Shown piece after piece: positions 54,795-64,000 of a stretch of DNA of 64,000 nt. Made by a program: the position numbers and the translations under genes. The stretch lies in NCBI RefSeq assembly GCF_009914755.1, contig NC_060930.1. One strand, 5' to 3'. This stretch comes from the human T2T-CHM13v2.0 reference genome, Homo sapiens. Within the stretch, counting starts at the first letter, position 1. Each line of letters starts with the position of its first letter. Below the pieces are notes generated by a model. It was not told the DNA's origin and did no database searches. It was given only the letters and a program-made list of their open reading frames with translations.

Positions 54795-55248
54795 TGATGC
54801 AGGGCAAGTAAGCCCCCAAATTGGGGCTTAGCCCAGGAGGATTCTTGGCTTCACCCAGGAAAGAATTCAAGGGTAAGCTGGTGGGGTTAGGCAGCAACTT
54901 TTATTGAAGCAGCAGCAGAGGTGTTATTCCTTGCAAAGCAGGGATACCCCATAAACAGTGTACCCAGAGCAGTGGCTCAGAGGCAGTTCTGCAGTCATAT
55001 TTATACTCACTTTTAATTATGTACAAATTAAGGGACAGGTTATGCAGAAATTTCTAAAAATAGGGTGGTAACTTCTGGACCATCAGGTTATTGCCATGGA
55101 AAGGGATGGCAACTTCCAGGTGTTGCCATGGCAATGGTAAACTGACATGGACCGAGTGGGCATATCTTATGGGGAGGTGCTTTTGCTTCTTCCCTGTTTG
55201 AGCTACTCTTCAATCTGGTCTAGAGCCTGAGTTCTGCCTTCTACCTCA
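54795..55248 (-). mobile_element. ERV1-class solo LTR (MER66-like)
   Basis: TG...CA termini, 454 bp, perfect 4-bp TSD CTAC, AATAAA on the - strand (TTTATT at ~54900); family name from recalled consensus. Confidence 0.8.
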
Positions 55249-55329
55249 CTACCACCCAGATTTTGTATAAGGTTTATAATGGCTTTGAATTCAGCAAAAG
55301 GCTAAATCTACCATTAACCAAGTGAAGAG

Positions 55330-56180
55330 ACATTCATTTAGCTCCTTATTTATTCATTTATTTATTAACTAAAACAGTGCTACAGACTGAGTTAAAAAGA
55401 CAAATGAGACTTGGAACCTAGTCTAAATTAAGAGAAATCATGTCAATAATTAATTACAATATACATACTATAGTGTTGTAATAGTAACAGTTGAGGAATA
55501 TTTAAACGAGAGTAGTGGCCCAGATGACTTAGTAACTAACTCAGTTAGAGGCAGTGAAAGTAAAATTTAAGGAAACTTAAGCTAGATCTTGAGGAATGAA
55601 TTCAACCGTATCAGACAGACCTAGGGAGAAGAAAGAGGAAAAGCACTAACTCTGGTACTAAGGTCTGGATTTAAATTGTAGGCTCTACCTGACACCTGTT
55701 ATCTAAATGATCTGCAAGTTACTCAATTACTCTGTGCTTCAGGTTCCTCCTTTCTAAAAAATAAGGATAATATTTACTTCAAATAGTAGCTTGGGGTTTA
55801 CATGAATTCATCTACCTAAAGTACTTAGAACAGCATTAGCTACTGTTATAGACATGTGAAACATCAGGACACATTTCAGAAACTGTAATTATTTGGGCCC
55901 TTGAGTACAGAGAGAGCTGGGGATTTGTAGAAAATGAGGCTAGAGGATAAGTATGGGTCAGATAATGAACAAGCTTAATTACTTGCAATGATAAGGAGTT
56001 CGGACTTTATCCTCAAGGCAAAGGAGAGCCAACTGAAATCTATAAAACAGAGGGGTAATGTAATACAATTTTTGTATAAGCAAAATAACTCTGGTGATAA
56101 TGGGGAGAAGAGAATGGATCTTAGAAAGAGACTGGAGGTGGGGAAAATAGTTCAGAAACAAATCACTACCACAGTCATGC
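55330..56180. mobile_element. L2 (-) fragments with an inserted MIR (+, ~55640-55850)
   Basis: Antisense L2 motifs (GGAGTTCGGACTTTATCCTCAAGGCAAAGGAGAGCC) and MIR core (GCAAGTTACTCAATTACTCTGTGCTTCAGGTTCCTC). Confidence 0.65.
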
Positions 56181-58056
56181 ATTGTCAGCAGTTATGGAAG
56201 TTCCCTTTGCATTTTCCACATTTTTAATGAAAAGCTGAAAAAAAAAAAAGCTCAAATTGACGTTACCCTAAAAAAGGAAAGAAAGAAAGAAAGAAAAAGG
56301 CAAACAACATAAGAAAACAACTCATTAATGCCATTTTCATTCTTCCTTTTCTATAAAACACTCCACGTATCTCCAAAGCTCTATTTGCATCCCACCTCCT
56401 TGAGGTCTCCTCTAAGGATTCCAGGCCTAGGGCCAGGGCTATGCTTCATTCACATCTCCAGAGAACTAAGCAGAGCTGTAGATCTAAATATATTTAGAAA
56501 CTGACAAATAGTTTTTGATTAATTAACATCAAGAGAGGTGTTTAGGACAAATTTCACTGAAACGAGAATGGTGTGCCCTCTGGAAAGGAGGAAAAAAACC
56601 TAGCATTTTAATGAAATAAGATGACCAGCTTTACTAGAATCAAAATCTAGAATACCTACGAGCATAATTTAACTATGAAAGAAAAAATTGCCTATGTATA
56701 ATTTCTTTCTCTCATTCAGGGGCACGCAAAACAGCACTTGTGTTTTGATTTGTTTTAGCTTTTCAATTTTGTATGTTTGTACAGTTGTCAGTAAACCTCA
56801 TTTAATTATTATTTTACAATATTTATTGGAATAAATTAAAGATATTTTACTACACACTGGTACTTTCTACTCAGATGATATTTATAGGAAAGGTAATCAG
56901 TATTTTTCTAACTCATTTCTACTGCAACAATTGGCAGAGATTAGAGCCATTCATACATAAAATATACGTAATTTTTTCTCTTAAAATATGAAATATCCTT
57001 CTTGAACCTAATAAACGTTGATTCACGTTCTCCAGTATTTTTAAACCTAAAGAACACTTTTTAGTCTATATTAAAAAATAGCTCCACACTTTCTCTAGAG
57101 GAAATTCTACTCCGGGGAAATGTAGAAATGAAAATCTCGGGTGAGTAGCAAGGGCTGGGAATAACTGAATGGCGATATGTCTCTGAATTAGAAGTTGTAA
57201 TAAACCAGCTGCTTGATCTGGTACAGGGCTTTTCATGCTAAGGCTGGGTAGTGGAAAATGTTAAGGAGAAATTTTCCATTCATCTCGCATACTTCACTGC
57301 TTAGAAATATGAACCACCTGTAACAGGAGCCCCAGGGGATTAACAAAAGTCGTGCAGATTACCCGTTAATGGCTCAGACCCCCTTCTGTTTGAAATTCAG
57401 CCCTTTTTTTCTCTCTGAACATTTCATGATCTCCTCCACTAATTATCTGGAATTCGTTTGTAATAAATGCCTTATGTTTCCCCTACTGAGGCATGCTTGT
57501 TCACTAACATTTCACTTTCTCTGTGTGATGTGAGTACCACAATAGAATTCCAAATGAAGAAAAGATAAACTTTGGGTTGAGTTGTGTTTGCTTTAGAAAA
57601 GGAGAGAAAATAAAAGTGTTTATTTGGGCTGGGCTGAATGGTCTGGTCATTGCATTTTCTCTGTTGATTCTTTCATTTTCTACTTCACTACAGACAGAAA
57701 AAAATATATATATTTTTTAATTCTTGGGTATAATCAAACTTGTCATTGAACTGAGTGTACAACGTTTTAAAAATTATTTTAAAGATGCCATTCTATTCTT
57801 TATTTAGTCAACATACACATATATTTGGATCCAGGACTCCAGCAAATCTATTATGTATCAGCCTTTGGGTTATTGCATGATGCCAAATGATATTCTTAGA
57901 GACCTGCATCACTGGAGTGTTTCTAAGAAACATTTAGTACCTGTATGCTTAAGTGCATAAAATTTATTTGCTTTCACGATGAGGAAATAGTTTTTGTTCC
58001 TACTTAATAAAATAGCTAAAAGATCATTTTGGCTGCAGCTCTGTCAGTTTCTAGAC

Positions 58057-58284
58057 CAGTGCTTCTCAATAGGGTGCAATTTAGCCACCCCGCAACCCCC
58101 GCCAAGACATTTGACATTGACTGGCACATTTTTGTTTGTCACAAGTAGGAAAGGGATGTGTTATGGGTATCTCATGGTTACAGGACAGGGAAGGGGCTAA
58201 ACATCCTACAACACACGGGACACCCTGCGCAACAAAGAATCACTCTGCCCCAAATGGCAATAGTGCTGAGATTGAGAAAAGTTT
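58057..58284 (+). mobile_element. MER20 (hAT-Charlie)
   Basis: CAGTGCTTCTCAA...GCTAAACATCCTACAA...CCCCAAATGGCAATAGTGCTGAGATTGAGAAA; 8-bp TSD TTCTAGAC/TTCTGGAC. Confidence 0.88.
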
Positions 58285-58583
58285 TTCTGGACAAAGTTAG
58301 CATCTCTGAGCTTCACTTTCATGACCTTTGAAAAGGCCATTGTTCTGAAAATTCCTATAACCTCTTCATGCTAAATAAATGTGGCTGTTTTTCTTTTCAT
58401 CTGTTAGGAGATATGGACTAGTAGTTACATTATGAATTCCTTTATATCTTTGAAGAGCACTTCTGGACCACAGAGACACAGAAAAGCATTTCATAGATAT
58501 TCAGGGATGGTTTCAGAACAGGCATAGCAGAATAGCTTACCCCTAACTGGGTGCAGGAGAGTTTTAAAAAATAGCATTGATGA

Positions 58584-58938
<355 letters not shown>

Positions 58939-59279
58939 TCAGGTATCCGAGGTGAGATATTGAAGGGATTACCATCATATTTACCACATGTCTATTTCAA
59001 GGAGCATGCAGGTTTTTGTTTTGTTTTGGTCTCAATTATTTATGATGCATAAAGAAAAAGCTTCTATTTTATTAATAGTTAATCTTTATCTACTTCGGTA
59101 AGGGGAAACAAAATTAAGCCTCCTTTTTCAGTTCTATTCACCAGAGAAACAAGATACTTCCTTGTCTGGGTCCCAGACAAACTACTCTGTTTCTATATGC
59201 CTGGAAATACTCATTGCTCAAAAAATTGGCATTGACTGACATCAACAGAAATCCTCCAGCTTTTTTTTTTTTTGTCCCT

Positions 59280-59690
59280 AAAACAAGTCAGGTTTCTTCT
59301 TCCATTAGGGGGTTTCACTCACTAGTCCTTTGGCTGACATAGTTTTCCCCAGGAGGGTATCACAGTTGGTTTCCTTTTGCCATTCAGGCCTAAGCTTAGA
59401 TGATACCTCCCAAGAGAGTCTTCTCCTAACCCTAAAATAAAAGAGTCCCTCTCATTCTGTTTTGCTCCCTTTGAAGTGTTTTATTTTTTTATTTACATAT
59501 ATATATAGTGTGTTTGTGTATATATATATGCTCAACACTTATCAATGTTAACTTATTTTTACATTTTGATTCTCCCCCTCACTAGAATGTAGGAGGGCTT
59601 GTCTTAATCACAACTGTTTTTAAAACTATTGCCTGGTAAACAATAGGCACTTGATAATTGTCTGTTGAATAAATATACGAAGGAAGGAAG
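59280..59690 (+). mobile_element. L2 3' fragment
   Basis: CCCCCTCACTAGAATGT...TGCCTGGTAAACAATAGGCACTTGATAATTGTCTGTTGAATAAA. Confidence 0.6.
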
Positions 59691-60829
59691 AAATGGAGGA
59701 AGGGAAGTAGGAAGGGAGGAAAGGAGAAAGGAAGGAGTGGATTTTGAAAATCTACTATGTTCCAGCCACTGCTGGAGGTCCTGGAGAGTGCAACATCAGT
59801 GAAACAAGGGGATATTTGCCATCTCCTTCTCACAGAATGGACAGGAAGTATAAGTATTGTAGTGGAGGTACAGAAAAGGACTTTGGAACTATCAGAGGAA
59901 ACAATTTGTTCTGATGCCATGTACATGCTGGGAGGGGAATAAGAGAAATCATGGAGAAAGAGACATTTGAAATGGACCTTGGGGTATTCACACTATTTTG
60001 CCAAAAGGGGAAGGATGTTCTAGAAAAGATGGCCTGAATGAATGTTGGGAGGCAAACTTATACAGTATATGGTATATATTAAACAATGAAATATGTGTTT
60101 TAAAAAATGTTCATATCTTCCACTAAAATTATTCTAACAAAAATAAAATTATTTTATCAAATAAATTCTTAGATATAAGTATGTTGAGTAATATATGGCA
60201 GCTTAACAAATACTTTTGCTATATTTGTGTCTAAGATTTATGCATATTAACATATATTTAAGCCTGTTACTTATATAATAAAAACAATTTTCTCCTTAAT
60301 TTCTAGAATTAGAGAATATGATTGTTATTTTTTTTTAAATTAGCGTAATATAAAATCACTCGAGAGCTGTTGTCACCAATATTAATGTCTGCTAAGTTAT
60401 TATGCAACCTCAGCTTTATGGGTCAGTTTTCATGGTTTATTGAAGAAACATTTTAAGTGTTGGCTTATGAGAAATAACGCAGTATCTTCTGCTTACATTC
60501 CACTCCTACTCATTACTGCCAATTGCATTTGTTTCCCTAATTTGTGTGCTAGAAATGATACATCTTGAAATTGAAAAATATTGTCAGAATGTGTGAAAGT
60601 ACACTCCTTCGTAATATGGTTTTATTTTCATTTGTACTCCTGAGTCATTGATATAAAATGTACTCTTCTTTTCTTAAAAAATTCTACCCTGCCCATTTTT
60701 CTCCTGTTTTTAAAAATTAGATTTAAAAAAATCTGTTACTATATACATGGCTAAGATTTAAGTGAATGCTTGATGTGTTATAAGAAATACTTAATTTTGT
60801 TTGTTTATTATGAAACTAATTATTTCGTT

Positions 60830-61615
60830 GATTTAATCAGTGTTTTTCAAGAGCCTTGGTTTTGGTAATACAGCAATGTAAACGACAGTAAAAATCTTTG
60901 CCCTCAAGAGGCGTTCGAGAGGATAAAAAGGTTTTTATAAAAAAAAATCAATAAATATAATAATTTTAAGTAAATACATGAGACATGAATAAAATAAGAC
61001 AGACCAAAGTAAAAACAGCAACTGGGAGGAGGCAGTACTAGATTGGAAAATCAGAGAAGTCTTCTCTGAAGAAGGATGATTTGAGTTGAGACCGTAATAT
61101 AATATAGAACCAGTTGTACAATGATACACTACAATCATCCAGGAAAAAGAAGTAAGCTTTGGTAATATCCAAGGAACTTCAAGAAACTCAGTGTGGCTAA
61201 AACCATATGAGAAAGGGAAAGTAAGATAGGAGATGAGTTGCAGGGATAAATACGGGACAAATTTATTCAGGGAAATATAGTCCATAAAAATGTGTTTAAA
61301 ATTTATACTACTACAATGGGAGGCCATTGGAGAATGTTTAAGTGGAGGAATAATATAATCTGATTTAAGATTTTAAAAGATTATTTTGGTTTTTCTGTAG
61401 ATAATTGACTATAAAGGGTCAAAAATGGACACAGAGAGAACAGATGGGAAGCTACAGCAGGGTCCAGGGAAGAGATGATGGCCTCTACACTACAATACTA
61501 ATGTGGAGATGGAATGAGAGGTTGGATTTAGGATACAGATATTGGAGGTGGATTTGGTAGGACTGGCGATGGATTGGATATGGGAACTGGACAAAGAGAA
61601 GAGTGGAAGATAGAC
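60830..61615 (-). mobile_element. L2 fragment
   Basis: Long antisense L2 text (CAATGGGAGGCCATTGGAG...GTCCAGGGAAGAGATGATGG...GATGGATTGGATATGGG). Confidence 0.75.
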
Positions 61616-61866
61616 TTGGCCTTATGTTAGCTGGACCTTATTCTGGAAGCCTAGTCCTGACACTTGCTAGCTGTGAAATCTCAGAAAATATTTTGCCACT
61701 TCAAGGCTCTGTTTTCACATCTTTAAAGTCAGGATAAAGACAGTTAGAATTGATAGTATTACAAAAGGAAATTTCTATGCTATATCTAATGGAGTGCTTA
61801 GAAGTCAATAGGTGTTTAATCAATATAATATTTCAAAATAATTAATAAATAGGTATTCAAAAAATA

Positions 61867-62171
<305 letters not shown>

Positions 62172-62199
62172 TATAATTTATTTTGCAGTGCATTGTGAC

Positions 62200-63490
62200 A
62201 TCTGCAAGACATTTAATGAAACCTTTCCTGATATTTGGTGAAAGAATGAAAAATGACTGAACCTGGTGATAATAATTAGGTGTTGTCATATCTGATTTGT
62301 CTGACTGTACCAAACAAGTATTGATTCCTGGATTCTGCCATCTGGAAAGATGTCTCTCTCTGCTATCATCTCCATGCCTCTACCCTTGGACAGGCAAGTG
62401 TTCTGCATTTGGTTAACATTTGGATAAAGACAGAGAAGACAGGAAGTTTAGATGACACGAGAATAGAAAGGAGAGCTAATAAAAGAGATGTTGAAATCAG
62501 GACTCAAAATATTCTCAACAGGCCAACAGCATGGGCCAGAACAAACAAGAAGAACCTTGAGAGCTAGAAACGTGAAGTTCTACATTTCTGTTAAAAAAAA
62601 AGATTAACCTCACACGTACAGGATTAACAGTAACTCATGTGAAAGGGCTTAGCAGTTAGAGTTGACTGCAAGGTCAGAATGAACTTGCAGCATGACTTAG
62701 CTGCTAAAATAGTAAAGACAATTTTAGGCTGCATTAATAGAAGTCTAGTGTCAAGGACAAAAAGAAGGGGTGGTTCTACTGTGCTCTGTTCTGATCAAAG
62801 CCATCTGGAGCATGTCCATTTTTGAGGCCATGATTTATTCTTTAATTATTAAATAGTGACAATATATCATGTAAGATTGAAATGTAAGAGTACAAAACTA
62901 TATCAAGCAGAAATCCTGTGCTCAAAGGTTTCACAGCAGAATAAGAAACTGACAAATATGTAAATAGCATACAAGGGAGAAAGATAAATGCCTCAGGAAA
63001 GATAGCATTAAAAACTAATGTGAATGTTTTAGGTAGATATCGATCACTATCAGCTGTTATAGAAATCAAAGGAGTTGGACTTCATTCTGTAGGTAATGGG
63101 ACAGTCATTGGAAATGTTTGAATTGGTGAATGATGTAATCAAATCTATGTTTCAAGAAAGAAAATAGGAACCAATACCCAGCAATTTACAGATTAGTCCA
63201 TATGATCCTTAAAGCACTATCTTGTGCTTGTGGGATTTAGCCGCTTAAGATAGAACCAGAAAAAACTGAGAATTGCAAGAAGATAGATTTTGATTCAATA
63301 TAATGAAGAAATTTCTACCTAGCATGCTGTCTTAAGATGAAAAAACTGTTGGTAAGCACCTGACCAACCTTTTCAACTCTTTTTGAACAGTTCCAGCGAA
63401 GATTACTTGGCCATATTTCAATCCCTACATGAGCTGATGCAGTAGCTGAGCTCAGGGTTTCCTTCTAGTCCTAGAGATCTTAGAGGTCTG
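62200..63490 (+). mobile_element. L3/CR1 LINE relic (RT region and 3' end), interrupted by a probable L2 piece (~62880-63160)
   Basis: AAGTTTAGATGACAC (decayed FADD-like motif), TTAGGCTGCATTAATAGAAGT, and a 3' end TTCCTTCTAGTCCTAGAGATCT typical of CR1/L3. Confidence 0.7.
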
Positions 63491-64000
63491 TTTTTTCATG
63501 GCATATTAATAGGCTGATTAATTAACATGGTGAACAAAACAATTATTTCTGTATTTTGTTAGCTTCATATTTGTTCTTTCTATTGTCTATAAAATACCAC
63601 TATGTATTTTATAACTTATTATATGATTACATTAAAACGTCTATTTAAACTACTTTTGTCATTATTTTAATTTAAAATTTTAAAATTATTTATTACATAT
63701 TTTAAGTAATTTGATCAAATCACATTATTTTGTCTTTAGTCCCAGTAAGAGATCTTACCAAATTTAAATAAAGGCCATAACATAAAATTAACCTCAGCTA
63801 TATGTAGTACTAGATTATCAATTAGTACAACCAACAGGGAAAAGTGGATACTGTATTTCTTCTATATTAACCATACACATATACTCAAAGTATAGAAATG
63901 GTGATTTTGCTTTCTAATTAATCACTTTAATTTCAAGGACTATTATAAAATATATTCATGATTTGGATTACAAATTATCATTCTGATTTCTTAACACTTT

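Overview
AT-rich, CpG-depleted primate (human-like) genomic DNA that reads as intronic or intergenic. I find no credible protein-coding gene, RNA gene, CpG island or CRISPR array. The ORF track is short spurious frames, many from Alu, L1 or LTR sequence. Interspersed repeats dominate: 11 Alus, L1 fragments of several ages, solo LTRs (THE1A, THE1D/MSTA, MST, MLT2, MLT1, MER66-like), DNA-transposon relics (MER44, MER2, MER58A, MER5, MER20, MER104-like), and many old MIR, L2 and L3/CR1 fragments. Several are nested and keep their target-site duplications (TSDs). Subfamily names come from recalled consensus sequences and need a RepeatMasker/Dfam check. The most notable structures not explained by repeats are: (1) a fully paired 29-bp pre-miRNA-like hairpin inside an old L1 (33699-33764); (2) a 197-bp tandem duplication at about 96% identity (6372-6768); (3) a 40-bp direct repeat, 836 bp apart, bracketing a CpG-retaining patch (43286-44161); (4) dense transcription-factor motif clusters near 37.8 kb and 49.8 kb; (5) a few short exon-like segments of unknown status. 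I could not identify the locus and see no support for a novel multi-gene system.
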